64,000 nucleotides of DNA from Squalus acanthias (GCA_030390025.1 CM059432.1:113400001-113464000), one strand, 5' to 3'. Counted from the first letter of the stretch, positions 10,780 through 24,124 are shown. The notes: generated by a model from the letters alone, not told the origin. Numbers and translations are program-made.

Positions 10780-12016
10780 ATGGGGGCTCTACTTGCAGTC
10801 CCCCTTGCACTTGTGTATCTTAGGGAGAGGGAGCGGAGGCAGTGAAGAAGAGGAGAAGATGCGCGCAGAGGGAGGAGGAGGAGGGCTAGGAGGGCTCTCA
10901 ACAGGAGGCCTTACCCACCTAGGGTCTTCCAAGAGCACTTCTCTTATATCCACTTAAGTGAGGAGCAGTGTATTAGGAGGCTCCGCTTCACCAAGGAGTT
11001 GGTCACAGAACTCTGTCACCTCCTGGAACCAGACCAGCAGCCTCAGAGCAGGGCGGCCACAGCTCTCCCAGTAGCCCTCAAGGTCACCGTGGCACTCAAT
11101 TTCTTCGCCAGTGGAGCCTTCCAGGCTGCAGCAGGAGACATAGCGAACATCTCCCAGTTCGCCATCCATCGCTGTATCCGGGAGGTCACTGAGGCTTTCT
11201 ACTCCAGGAGAAGGGACTACGTTGTCTTCTCTCTGACCAGAGAGAAACAGGACGAGCGTGCATGTGGCTTTGGCAGAATAGTGGGCTTCCTCATGGTGCA
11301 GGGCATCATCGACTGCATCCACGTGGCTTTGCGGGCACCGCATAACAATCCTGAGATCTTCCGTAACCGCAAAGGCTACCACTTCACTTAATGTGCAGTT
11401 GTTGTGCAACCACACCCAGTGCATCCTGATGGTGATTGCCCGCTATCCTGGCAGCAGTCATAATGCCTTCATCCTGCGTCAGCCTGTGCCAGCAATCTTT
11501 CAGCCACCACATCAAGCTCGCGACTGGCTGGTCAGAGACAAGGGCTATCCACTCTCCACCTGGCTGATGATTCCCCTCCGCAACCCCACCACTCGTAGCC
11601 AGCACTCATATAATGAGAGCAATGTTGCCACCAGGAACATCATCGAGCAGACCATCGGGCTGCTGAAACAACGGTTCCGCTGCCTTGACCGCTCGGGAGG
11701 CGCCCTCCAGTACTCACCGGAGCAGATGTCCCATTTTGTGGTGGTCTGCTGCATGCTTCACAACTTGGCCACCATGAGGGTACAGCCCTTGCCAGCAGGG
11801 ATTGCGGAACCACCTCAGGAAGAGGACGAGGGAGAGGAGGAGGAGGAAGAGGAGGACGAGGAGGACAAGGCGGAGGTGGAGGAGGAGGAGGACGAGGAGG
11901 ACAAGGCAGAGGTGGAGGAGGAGGAGGAGGATGAGGAGGAAGGGAGGAGGCAGGCAGAAAGTCCCCTTTCAGCAAGAGCTGCCCGTGAACACCTCATCAG
12001 ACCCCAGTTCCAGTGA
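10780..12016 (+). pseudogene. Harbinger DDE transposase (HARBI1-like), frameshifted near 11390
   Basis: VQGIIDCIHV, FRNRKGYH, YPGSSHNAFIL, DKGYPLSTWLMIP, RNIIEQTIGLLKQRFRCL, CCMLHN; acidic tail with a 36-bp duplication (EDEEDKAEVEEE x2). Confidence 0.92.
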
Positions 12017-12201
12017 ATGAAACCCCCGATCCCCATTGCTCACCACATCCCCATCAACCACATCCCCGTCATACCATCCCTCTGTCACGGAATATCACAG
12101 TGTCCTCCTGGGCACAAAGCTGAAATGAGAACCAACACAAAATAAAGATTCCAAAAAAATGAATATGTTTATCAATAATCCGTTCACAAATACAATATCA
12201 A

Positions 12202-14114
12202 CTAATCACCCTTGTGCAATCCCTTAGTGCCTGTCGTTCGGGTGCCCTTTCCTGCTTTGGTGCTCTTACGCAGTGCTCCCCCAGTGGCAGCAGCATGGCT
12301 GGTGGAAAGCTGCTGACTTTCAGTGGGGGAGACTGCAGATGGCCTTGGAAGACGACCTCGAGCAGCTCTGGGCCTGGAAGGCCCGGCTGCAGACTGCACC
12401 ACCTCGGCATGGGCAGCAGCAGTCTGGGCTGGCTGACAGGCAGCGACAAGGGCAATGGCGGAGTGGCAGTGGTGAGAGTAGGAATGCTGTCAGCCTGAGA
12501 GAGGACAGCAGGTTCCTGCTCCACAGACCCATTGCCACTCCCCCGGGGTGGCACCTCAGCATTCCTAGCAATCTGTTGGGCTGCTGAGACACCCTGCAAG
12601 ATCTGTTCGACACTGGTAAACCCAGCCAAGTCTGAACTTGGGTGACAGCAAGCTGAGATTGCATGAGACCAGTCTGAGCTTGGGTGGCAGCAAGCTGAGA
12701 CTGCAGGACAGCGGTCTACGCTTCCGCTGCAACACTAAGATGTTGGGCTGCTTCTGCCTGTGCTGCAAGGGCAGCCGCAACATCGCCCATCACACACGGC
12801 ATCATGTCTGGGTCAACACAGTTTCTCCTGGAGTTGTCCATCATTTCCAGCCTGGAAATCATCGGCTCCAAGCTCTGCGCAAAACCCCGGCCAATATTGA
12901 AGGGGACTCCTCCATGCTCCTTGACATTGCCAAGAGGCTCTCTGGTAGGCTTCCCATTGCAACCAGCATTTCGGTGTGCGTGCCCATTACCCTTCTTCTG
13001 AAGGCAGGCCCATCGAGGTCCTCATCTGAGCAGAACTTGCGCGCAAACTTGCCCTCCGGGCAGCTGGCCCCCAAGCTACCCTTACTCCCTGGTCTTTCTG
13101 CAGCCCTCTCGTGCAGATCCCACTTCTACACTAGCCTCTAAGGTACACATAGTGCCAGTTTCTGAGCTGGTGTCTGCGAGTGACAGATGCAGTGATGCTG
13201 TGTCTTCTTTTTCTCCCTCGCTCTCCTCCATCACCTCAGGGACAGCTCTGCGGCTGGCTGTTCTTGGGTATCTGAAAGCAGAAAGGCACAAGAGTCGGGT
13301 ATGGCGAGGGGAGAGGGATAAGCAAGATATCCATGCATACAACATCAGCAGCTTGTAAGTGAGAAGAGATTGTGGGATGTGGGGGATGTGGGATGTGAGA
13401 AGAAGTTTTAGGAATGACCAGACCGTTATTATCCCTAAGGGCTTCAACGTCGCCCATTGCCACGGCCTCGGCGACTTCCCCTCCAATGATGACGTGCACT
13501 CGCTCCCCCAGTTGGCTCAAGGCCTGTATTGCGGCTTGCCCCCGCCTGTCTGCCGCTGACTCCCGGCGAATGTGAACCACTTTCGCCTGCAAGAGAAAGA
13601 GAAGTGTGTGAGTGAGTGTAATGCAATGTGTTTGGGTGATGTGCCTGCCATAGTTGAATAGCTGTCAGCGTGTGCAAGGTGTGAGATGTGGGTGTGAGTG
13701 TTGCAGCAGTGGTAAGGTTGTGAGGATGAAGTGAAGCTCTGATTGTGAGGTCTGAGTGATGATAGGTGGAGAATGTTGGTAGGTGAGTGTTGGGGGTGTG
13801 GTGCGTTGAGCAGTGTGTGAGGCTTGTGGTACAGAGGGTGGGATATGGCATTTGCTGAAGCCTTCACTCACCTTGACCTGCCTTGTGAGGTCATTAAATT
13901 TCATGCGGCATTGTATTCAGTACCTGGGGACCACGCTGTTGGCCATCACGTAATCAGATATCTCCTGCCACAGCCTTCTAGATGTATGGGCAAATGGCTT
14001 CCTGCCAGTCTGCGGGAAGAGGACAGCCCACCTCCTCTCCACTGCCACCACCAGTGACTCCAGAGCCACATCAGAGAACCGTGTAACTCTCTCCCCCTGC
14101 TGCCACTTAGCCAT
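12202..14114 (-). pseudogene. Harbinger Myb/SANT-like DNA-binding protein, 3 exons (about 14114-13872, 13586-13424, 13271-12202)
   Basis: RFSDVALESLV...LFP...LWQEI...QCRMKFNDL trihelix/Myb motif; GTGAGT donor, TTGCAG and TTTCAG acceptors conserved in the other copies; in-frame stops. Confidence 0.85.
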
Positions 14115-14479
14115 CTCTTGCTAATTCAGGTCTGCTTCCAAGTGGAGCTCCAAATGGAATGACAATGAGGTGCTGCTGCATCAAAGAACCTTCCCTTTAA
14201 GTACTGAATAAAGCCTAGGCCAAACATGAGTAGGAATTAGACTGGACCCGATATTGGCCCACCTGTTGAGCGGTAAGCCAATGAGCAACAGTTTTAGCGC
14301 TATAATCATGTAAATGAGCACTGAGCATGAATTTTCGTGCTACCTGAACCACTTTGATCTGGCACAGCTAAATAGCGCTGGGCCATGACACCACCCATTT
14401 TCGGGCCATATCCAATTTCTAGACCCATATCTTGATTCACAAATTGCCCCATTGGATTGAAAAATTGACAATGTCACTC

Positions 14480-15832
14480 TGTTATTTAAGAAGGATGGGA
14501 GAGAGAGAAACTTCTCCCATTTGTCTAACGTCTGTTGTGGGGAAGTTACTGGAATCTGTTATGAGGGGCAGAGTGACTGAGCACTTGGACAAATATGAAC
14601 AGATCAGATCAGAGAGAGCCAGCATGGATTTGCCTAACGAACTTGGTTGAATTTTTTGAGGAGCTCACTAATGTGGTAGATAAGGAAATGTCTATGAATG
14701 ATATTTATATGCACTTCCAGAAGGCATTTGATAAAGTTCCACACAACAGACATCTAACAAAAATGAAAGCGCATGGAATTGGAGGCAACCTATTGACATG
14801 GGTGGTGAATTGGTTTGGAGGTAGGAGACAGAGAATAAGGATAATAGGTCTGTACTCCAATTGGCAGGATGTGACTAGTGGTGTCCCCCAGGGATCTGTA
14901 CTTGGGCCTCAGCTTTTCACTATATTTATCATAGACTCAGATGAAGGAACAGAGAGGGATCCATGTTTGCTGACTACACCAAGTTAGGTGGCACAGTAAA
15001 TAGTGTAGATGGGAGCAGAAACTAGCAAAGAGACATTGATAGATTAAGTGAGTGGGCAAAACTGTGGCAGATGGAGTTCAGTGTGTCAATGTGGTGAAGT
15101 GTGAGGTCAGCTACTTTGGACCTAAGAAAAATAGATCAGAGTATTTTCTAAATGGCAAGAAGCTAGGAACTGTGGAGGAGCAGGGAGATTTAGGTCACTA
15201 AAAGCTATTGGACAGGTACCAAAAATTATCTAAAAGGCAAATGGAATGTTAGCCTTTATCTCAAGAGGGCTGGAATACAAAGGGGTGGAAGTTATGTTAC
15301 AGCTGTACAGAGCTCTGTTAGACCCCTTCTGGAGAGCAGTGTTCAGTGCTGGGCACCGCCCCTCAGGAAGGATATATTGTCCTTGGAGGGGGAGCAGCGC
15401 AGATTCGCCAGAATGATTCCAGGGCTAAAAGGGTTAAATTATGAGGACAGGTTGCATAGACTAGGCTTGTATTCCCTTGAGTATAGAAGATTAAGGGGTG
15501 ATCTAATTAAGGTGTTTAGATGATTAAATAATTTGATAGGGTAGATAAAGAGAAATGATTTTCTCTGGTGGGGGGAGTCCATAACAAGGGGGCACAACCT
15601 TAAAATTAGAGCCAGGCCATTAAGAGGTGATGTCAGGAAGCACTTCTTCACACAACGGGTAGTGGAAATCTGTAACTCTCTCCCCAAACTGAGATTGATA
15701 GATTTTTGTTAGCTAAGGGTATTAAGGGATATGGAACCAAGGCGGGTAAAAGAGTTGAGATACAGATCAGCCACGATCTAATTGAATGGCGGAACAGGCT
15801 CGAGGGGCTGAATGGCCTCCTCCTGTTCCTAT
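14480..15832 (+). mobile_element. CR1 LINE 3' portion, degenerate
   Basis: [30 protein letters not shown]; 3' tail GGCTCGAGGGGCTGAATGGCCTCCTCCTGTTCCTATG. Confidence 0.92.
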
Positions 15833-16079
15833 GAGATAACAGCTGTTTTATCAGCTGAAATTCTTCTGTCCATTACAGATAAGGTACAAGCTAGGTTTGC
15901 ATTAATGTGTTGTAATTTTTGTGTAATCTTTAATGGAATGGTTGCTTGGAAAATTGCCCCTAGTACTAAAACAGTTTAATCCATATTAACACTGCCTTAG
16001 TATTCTGTTTGTATGTTAACCAACTGTTATGCTTAATTGATGGGAACTGTGCAAATTTAGTTATGCTAACACTCAATAT

Positions 16080-16890
16080 GCCTTGAATTATCCAAGGCCA
16101 TCTCTGATCACTTCCTTATATCCCTCACCACTCATATCCACCTTCCAATCCCTACCTCCTTCTGCTCCTGCCCCTGGAAAAAATTCTCCCAAGTCACTTA
16201 CAATTGCACTTTCAAACCCCCAACTGTATAGCCTTTGGCCCTTCATTCTCCATGATACTTCGGCAGCTGCCGACCTACTCCATCACTTCCTCACTTCCTC
16301 AGGCCTTTGATGCCCTTCTCCCAAGTAAAACCCTTGCTCTCTCCCACCTTGGTCATGCCCTCTGGTATGCCCCCCATGTTCACCTCCTCAAGTCCAAAGG
16401 GTGCAGACTTGAACGTATTTGCACATCTGGTTTAGCCATTCATCGTAAGATCTGTCTGGACCACATCAAGCACTATCAAGCTCTGCCCTCCTCTGCATTC
16501 CAGGATGATTTTGGAGTAGTGAGCAGTTTCGGCAAAGACAACTGCCGGCTTCTTTTATACTTAAACCCCTCTCCACTGCCCCCTCCACCTTCACCTCCAA
16601 CAAGTGTGACGAGCTTATGGGCTTCTTTGTCACTAAGAGTGAGACCATCCGTTCAGCTGCCTCTGCAGCATCCCCCCTTCCCCATGCCCACCAAGCCAAA
16701 CTTCCCCAAGGGTCTCCCAGCCCTAGCACTGAACTTACATCTTTCCCTAGTTTCTCTCCTATCTCCCCTCATGCCCACTCCGAGCTCATGAGATCCACCT
16801 CCTGCTCTCTCAGCCCTATTCCAACTAAACTGCTGATCACTCAGCTTCCTTGCGTGGCCCCCATGCGAGCTGCTATTGTAAACGGTTGTC
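16080..16890 (+). mobile_element. Old LINE fragment (L2-like, linker region before RT)
   Basis: Degenerate peptides (WY, FFVTKSETIR, TSCSLSPIPTKLL) resembling the L2 pre-RT region. Confidence 0.6.
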
Positions 16891-17958
16891 TCGAGTGAGC
16901 AGCAATCATGCAAGTTAGCAGACAGCAAGAAATTGGCATGTTGCATGCATCGGAAACAACGGGTGCGGGGATCGTGATGCGTGGGTTTTGTGCAGGTATA
17001 TTATTTTTCTTTACAGTATTACTTGGGTAAAAATAGATTATCTTGAAAATAACTCAACTTTGGGGGCTGCGCATTAAATAAAGCCAGTATGTATATCTCC
17101 AAGGTCACCCTACTGGTGGGGAGGCTCACTCACTGGCTGTGCATACTAGGAAATCAGCCCTCTAAAATCAGGGACAAAGTGTGGTCAGACAAAGTCCCCT
17201 TCGTACACTAATGTATTAATTGAAACCTTGTTTATCAGTTTTTTCCTATGAATACTTTTTGGAGTCCAAATGGGGTGTCGCATTCACGTGCAAATGGTTT
17301 GTGTCAAGCATCTGCTCGAGCTTCAGGAAACCATCAGTTTACGTTCAACTGTGAAAAACACCTTTTGATTCCCTGTATCTTAACCTGAACTTCAAAGGGG
17401 ATGAGAGGTATATCTCAGGCAGCCTGCTATGGCTCTTCATGCCTTCCTGTATCACTGTTCGCAGCCCATGTGTATACTCCATGATCGTTACAGGGAACCT
17501 CACATATAAATGTTATATTGTAATCGGGCTATGTCAGGTGTTTGCCATTTCGTTGGTGGTTCTGCTGGTCTCCCTCTGCAGTTACGACAAGACACTGGAA
17601 GAACCCTGCAGAATTTTGGCACAACTGTGTGCAGGGCACACTTCAGCTTGCAGGGAGTGAGGTCTCCTTGGATTGGTCCATTTCACATGCATGAGTGAAA
17701 GACCTGGTGAAGTCTTAAATTTATGACAACAGCCTTGTGTTGGAGTTATGGTTGGTAATATCTGGAAAAAAAATTCTAGTTCTGCAGCTTTCCACATTCA
17801 CCCCAATTGTTTATTATAGCTGTGCTGAAGTTTGTTGGCACTTGGCACATCAACAACTTTGCTTTATATGTATCATTAATCTGCATTTGTACATTGATTG
17901 ATATTGATTTTATGTGTCACATGTAATTAATGGGCATGTAAGTCGGCCAATGCTATGT

Positions 17959-19095
17959 TGAAGGGATTATTACTAGTCCTAGCCCCCTTTGGGCTACCCC
18001 GGATCAGGCGTATTCCCCAGACGTTCACCTTCAACTAAAGTTAGAGGTAGCCAAATCCTAAAGATGCTTAATTGGGTCTAAAGGTCCAGACTATCTCTCC
18101 CTCAAGGAAAGGAACGACCTGAAGATGTTACCATCCTCCAGATAGCACTTTTAATAAGTTTAGCTAGACTGTAACCTTCCGGATATTATGAGGGTCCGGA
18201 TAACTCCCTCAGAATTCTGCAACTCCTCACCAAAGAGTGTACAGAGATTGAGTTCGCAAGTTGGATACAGAAGTACTATTTGAGACAATTCTAAAAATAT
18301 ATAGATTTATTAAAGAACCGACATGTAATTACAGTTGGTGATTCAATCGCAACTTTAACAATTCCAAATACAAAAGCTTACAATTCTTATTATCAGAGAT
18401 CCTTATTCTCAAATCTTAACTTCATTACATTTTTACATTTCTTAGTCTATTCCAGGATATCCACCAAAATCAAATACAGTACCTTTTTGATCCCCGAGAT
18501 ACAAAGAGTTAAAGACTTACAGAGCTTGCCTCTGAAGTCTGAGAATCGCTTTGCCCCTTTCAGCGAATCTGTCTTCCCATTTGAAAGTCCAATTTTTATA
18601 CCCTTTCTCAGTGGTATTTGAAGTTTTCTGCTGATGTAAGCTAATTATCTCTAGTCATTTTTCTGCTGACCCCTACTATTCTTACAGTCAGTTCAGCTGG
18701 TAGCATTCAGACTCGTGTCTCTCCTTTAGGTGTTTGAAGCTTATCATAAAAAACAGTGTAACAGCAGTGGTTCTATTTGATGTCATTTTTACAAAGGCAT
18801 ATGTTTCTTTATCTTCTGTGTTTCATTTCAAAGTGTTGGTTTAAGACACCTTTAACTGGGTATACCATTGTGTTCTTTCCAAAACTTCAGACTTTCGGGA
18901 ACCTTTAACCTTCTGTTCCAACAAGGCTATTGTTTCAGTGTCAACAACTTATCTTATTTCAAAAGCCTGTATGCTGTTTACAGCTTTAGATTGTTGAGGC
19001 TTCCAGATCTTCAAGCCCAGTTTGTCATGTTTTAATAAAGTCAAAATTCTTTCATAGGATGGTGTATTTTTCTGAATATGGCGTATTCCTTCACG
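17959..19095 (-). mobile_element. Solo LTR, 1137 bp, same family as 60903-62932
   Basis: TGAAGGGA...TTCCTTCACG termini; 4-bp TSD ATGT; minus-strand TATAAAAA near 18600 and AATAAA near 18310; long similarity to the second copy. Confidence 0.85.
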
Positions 19096-19194
19096 ATGTG
19101 TATACTGCCACATAAGAAAATTTAATTTAGCAACATGGCACAGTGCAGATTATATTGCTGACTCTCCCTACTGCCTTCACACCAACTTTAATTC

Positions 19195-20315
19195 AGCAAC
19201 AACAACATGCAATTATATAACACCTTTAACGTAGGAAAAAAATCCCAAGCATCTTCAAAGAAGCATAATCAGACAAAAATTGACAGTGAGCCAAAGGAGG
19301 AGATATTCGGAGCGATTACTAAATGCTTGGTCAAAGAGATTTGTTTTAAGGAGGGTCTTAATGGAGAAAAGAAAGGGGAGAGGCGGTGATGTTTAAGGAG
19401 GGTATCTGGAGCTTAAGGCCCGGCTGCCAATGGTGGGGCAAAGGGAGTGGGGGATGCATAAGAGGGCAGACTTGGAGGAACGCAGAGACCTTGAAGAGTT
19501 GTAGGGATGAAGCAGGTTACAGAGATAAGGAGGGGAGGGGCCATGGATGGATTTGAACATGAGAATGAGAATTTTAAATCTGACAGGGGTGATAGGTGAG
19601 CAGGACTTGGTGCGGATTAGGATATGGACAGCAGGGTTTTGGCTGTGCTCAGTTTATAGAGGGCGGAGGATGGGAGGCCGGCCAGGAGGACATTGGAATA
19701 GTTGAGTCTGCATGTAACAAAATCAGGGATGAGGGTTTCAGTAGCAGATGGGCTGAGCCGGAGGTGCAGGTGGGTCGATGCTACGTAGATGAAAGTAGGC
19801 GATCTTTGTGATGGAGAGGATATGGGATTGGAAGATCAGCTTGGGGTCAATTAGGACGCTACAATTGCAGTTAAGCCAGAGATAGCGGTCAGGGAGGAAG
19901 GTGGAATCAATGGCAAGGGGACAAAGTTTGTGGTGGGGGCCAAAGACGATGGCTTTGGTCGTCCCAATGTTTAATTGAAGGAAATTGCAGTTGATCCAGG
20001 ACTGAATGTTGGACAGGCAGGCTGGAAATACAGAGGAAGTCTTGAGAAGGGGTTGTGAGTTAGCGTTAGGTGTTGTCAGCAAACATCATGTTTTTGGATG
20101 ATATCGGTGAGGGGCAGCATCTAGATGAGGAATAGAAAGGGGCCAAGAATAGATTCTTGGGCGATTCTAGAGGTAATGGGCAAGGTGGGTTAGTTAAAAC
20201 CATTGCTGGATATTCTCTTGCTAAGGTTAGATAGTTGAGTGGAACCAAGCAAAGGAAGTACCACTCAGCTGGACAACTGAGAAGAGACGTTGGAGGGAGA
20301 TGATATGGTCAACTA
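19195..20315 (-). mobile_element. L2-like LINE 3' portion, degenerate
   Basis: Minus-strand peptides CLSNIQSWINCNFLQLNIGTTKAI and KIAYFHLRSI; L2-type 3' tail near 19195-19240. Confidence 0.8.
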
Positions 20316-20319
20316 TTAA

Positions 20320-23315
20320 AGCCAGCCTGCACCTCTTAAAGAGGAGGTGCATTCTGGCTAGAGCAGTGCTGGAACTGCTTGTGGAGGAAAGTCTGAGCAG
20401 GAAGAAGAGTGAATTATGCCACAACGGGGGAGAGAGCATGCTCCAGGTTCTCTGACGCTGCACTGCAGGCCTTGGCGGAGGAGATGAACAGAAGGAGAGA
20501 GGTACTCTCTCCACAGGGGAGCAGGAGGCCCTCCAGACAAACTCTGTGCAGGGAGTGGAAGCAGATCGCCATAGTGGTCAATGCCAGAACTTAAGCCCCA
20601 AGGACCTGGATGCAGTTCTGAAGAAGTTTAATGACCTCACAGGAGTGGTCATAGTCAGTGAATTCATCTTCAAAGGCCACATCCTACGAACTGCACCATT
20701 AGCCTCACATAATGCTCAATACACCCCCATCACTCACCTACAAACAATCTCGATCAATCAGGACTCATACCTCACATTCATAGCTTCACCTCACCCTCAC
20801 ACACTTAGCACTGCTGCAAGCCTCAAACCCACATCTCACAGCTTGCACACACTGCCAGCTATTCAACCATGACAGCCACATCACCCAAACACATTGCACC
20901 ACACTCACTGACACACTTCCCTCTCTCTTGCAGGACAAGGTGGCGCACAACTGGAAGCAGCAGAAGCTAACCGGAGGGGGACAGGCCGCCTGAATGTCCT
21001 AACCCGCATGGAGGAGACGGTACTGGGCATTATTGGAACGGCCATTGCTGAGGACGTGGTCAGCGGTGGGGCTGAAACCATGGAAGAGGATGGTATCCTC
21101 ATACCTAATCCTCCTTCTCACATTCCAATTCACCCTCATTCCACAATCTCTTCTGATTTACAAGCTGCAGATGGTGTAACCATGCACCTCTTACTTTCCC
21201 CCTTCCCTGCACCACAACCTTACTCTTGTGCCTTTCTCCTTTCAGATACCCAAGAACGGCAACTTGCCTAGGCAGTGGTGGAAGAGCAAGAAGAGAGTGA
21301 TGATGAAGACACAGCATCACTCGATTAACACTCGCAGCCACCAGCACAGATACTGACACTGCGCGTAATTTAGAGCAGGAGTTATCAGACGCTCCCCTAG
21401 GGTTCGCGAGAAAGTTTCAAGGCCTCCGCCAAAATATCCCTAACCTAAGTTAAACCAATCATATTTCTCGTTACTTCTTCAATGAAACAAATCGAAATCC
21501 AGATGTAACCTCTTGTCAATCAATTAACCAATCAGATTCTTCTTTTGCTCAAAGTCTGATTCCCTCCTTCACGTTAAACCAATAGAAATTCTCATTTCAT
21601 CCATCATCTCAATCTGCCGCCCCCTTGAGCAATAAACTTTGCCTAACTCGCACTTCTGGGTTAGATGTGGCCAATCTGGTTGTTCGGTTTATTCGGCGCT
21701 TTGGACAGGCGATGTGAAGCCAATCAGCGCAGAGATTACAGGTGGGGTCAGGTAGGGGGACTTCATAGGGCAGGGCGATTCGGTGCAGAGAGATACACCA
21801 GCAGCATCAAAAAGATAGCGGATTTCCTCAATTCATTGGGTAAGGAGCAGCAGCCAGTTAATAATAAATAACCAGCAGTAACAATAGAGTCACCAAAGGA
21901 GAGCTTCCTCTTCACACCCACTCACTGCGGTGGGTGCCAGTAATGCTGGGCTTTAGGGCCTGCTTCAGGTCATATCCTCTGTTAGTTTGTCTCTGACTTG
22001 ACGGCAGTGGAAAAATAAAATTGCATCTAATTTCCAGTTATCGATTAAAGGGTGTGGGGTTAATATGTGATTGGAATTCATCTTCCTAATGAGTCGCATT
22101 AAGTAAGTAAAACAAAAATAATACTAAATATATATTGCATAACTAATTTTTATACAGAAAAAATACTTGTGTTGTGTTACAGGGGGTCCGTGGAATTTTT
22201 ATAACACGGTGGGGGGGCCTCAGAAGCAAAAAGGTTGATAACCCTTGATTTAGACGGTAGCTTAGAGGTGGGATCTGCACGTGGTGAGCCAGCGGGCATG
22301 AGTGGCCTGCAGCCAGGGCAGGGGGAAAGGGTAGCGCAGGTAACAGCTCCCCGGAGGGCGAGATCTCTCACGAGTTCTGCTGTACAGGACTCAGATGAGG
22401 ACTTTGATGGGGCAGGCTACAGAAGAACGCTGATGGATATGCACAATGAAATGCTTGGTGTATTGGCTGGCCTGCCAGAAAGCCTGAGTACAATGTCAAG
22501 GAGCATGGAGGAGTCCGGCACCAACCTTGCACAGGGCTTTGCGCAGAGCATCCTTTCCAGCATGGAAGTGGTGGCCAACTCCATTAGCACACTTGTGGAC
22601 CCACCCATGATACAGCGTCAGATGGCCGATGCCTCAGCTTCCGCTGCAGCACAAGCAGAAGCCACCCAACATTAGTGCTGCCCCGCAAGCTCAGACTGCT
22701 GCCATCATCGCTGGGTTTACCAATGTTGAAAGGTGGTTGCAGGGTGTCACAGCAGTCCAGCAATCTGTCCTCCAACAGATGGCTAGGAATGCTGAGGCGC
22801 CACCCCATGGAGTGGCAGTGGCTCCGTGGAGCATGAACCTGCTGCCCTCTCTCAGGATGACAGCATTCGTACTCCCACCACTGGTGGCTCTGAAGGTGAC
22901 CGTGGCCATGAACTTTTATGCATTGGGCTCCTTCCAGGCTGGAGCAGGCGATAATTGCAACATTACCCAGTTTTCTGTGAACTGTTGCACAAGGGAGGTC
23001 ACTGAGTCTCTGTGTTCCAAGAGAGCAGAATACATTTCATTCTCTCTTGCCAGAGAGCAGCAGGCGGAGCGAGCACGTGGCTTCACAAGATTTGTAGGAT
23101 TCCCCATGGTGCAAGGTGCCATTGACTGTACGCATGTCGCTTTGCAGGCACCGCATTTCAACTCTGAAATGGACCGCAACTGAAAAGGATTCCACTCCCT
23201 CAACATCCAGCTGGTGAGCGTCCATAGGCAGCGAAGCATGCAGGTCAATGTCTGGTATACCGGCAGCAGTCATGATGCCTTCATTCTGTGGCATCTGCAT
23301 TTGAGCCATCACAAT
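20320..23315 (+). mobile_element. Rearranged Harbinger remnant: Myb/SANT gene (about 20415-22883) joined to a transposase fragment (about 22884-23315) on the same strand
   Basis: RFSDAALQAL...EWKQIA...KKFNDL exon, then exons 2 and 3 homologous to 12202-13586; then VALKVTVAMNFYA...VQGAIDCTHV. Confidence 0.85.
21376..22247. mobile_element. hAT (Charlie-like) non-autonomous DNA transposon, 872 bp
   Basis: TIRs CAGGAGTTATCA / TGATAACCCTTG; 8-bp TSD ATTTAGAG / ATTTAGAC; splits exon 3 of the Myb gene. Confidence 0.85.
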
Positions 23316-23729
23316 AAAGTAGTAATCCTCTAATAATAACGCTGCAGGCTGAGAAAGCTCGGACGCTGCTCACTAATAAATGAGATGGCACAAATGTTAG
23401 AAGCCAGGACCCTTCTAACAGATAGTGCGTAAGTTGAAGGGTTAGGGGATCACACAAGGTAAGCCAGATGAGGAATTGAAGGACTGCATGTCTAAAGTAA
23501 ATACATTCTATCAGGGAGCTGGTAAATGTCAAAATCTTTTCCCTCATGTCTCCACGACACACTCCATCAGGAAGAATGCATCCAACTCTATTCCAAAAAT
23601 CTCTTCCTCAAGATTGTATATTACAGGATTTAGATCTCGGAAATCCCATCCAGGAGGGGTAATAATAAAAGAAAATCAGTGCTATTTCATTTGAATTTCA
23701 TTCTATATTTTTTAATGAAGATATCATCT

Positions 23730-24090
23730 AGGCTGACACTCCAGTGCAGTACTGAGGGAGTCGGAGGTGCCGTCTTTCGGGTGAGACGTTAAACCGAGGC
23801 CCTGTCTGCCCTCTCAAATGGACGTAAAAGATCATCGAAGAAGAGCAGGGGGGTTATCCCTAGTGAACTGGTCAATATTTATCCCTCAATCAACATCACA
23901 AAAATAGATTATCTGGTCATTATCACATTGCTGCTTGTGGGAGCTTGCTGTGTGCAAATTGGCTGCCGCATTTCCTACCTTACAATAGTGACTACGCTTC
24001 AAGTAGTACTTCATTGGTTGTAAAGTGCTTTGGGACATCTGGTGGTCGTGAAAGGCGCTATAGAAATGCAAGTCTTTCTTTTCTTTCTTT
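23730..24090 (+). mobile_element. Deu-domain SINE (SacSINE1/AmnSINE-like) with L2-type tail, 5' truncated
   Basis: GGAGGTGCCGTCTTTCGG..GAGACGTTAAACCGAGG Deu-like core; 3' end GAAAGGCGCTATAGAAATGCAAGTCTTTC plus (TTTC)n. Confidence 0.75.
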
Positions 24091-24124
24091 AGCTAACAGT
24101 CTCCACAACATAATTTGGTTTAAA

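Larger units (their letters stand above)
10346..14425. mobile_element. Full-length PIF/Harbinger DNA transposon with convergent transposase and Myb/SANT genes, decayed
   Basis: TIRs GGCCTAGAAATT / AATTTCTAGACC; 3-bp flanks TAT / CAT; two-gene layout typical of Harbinger. Confidence 0.9.

Noticed and set aside
10999..12016. Domesticated host gene HARBI1 (and NAIF1/MSANTD for the Myb ORF)
   Set aside because: Frameshifts and stops, flanking TIRs and multiple decayed copies indicate transposon copies
11640..12036. Pro-, Arg- or Ser-rich ORFs
   Set aside because: Alternative-frame readings of the GAG-rich acidic tail of the transposase
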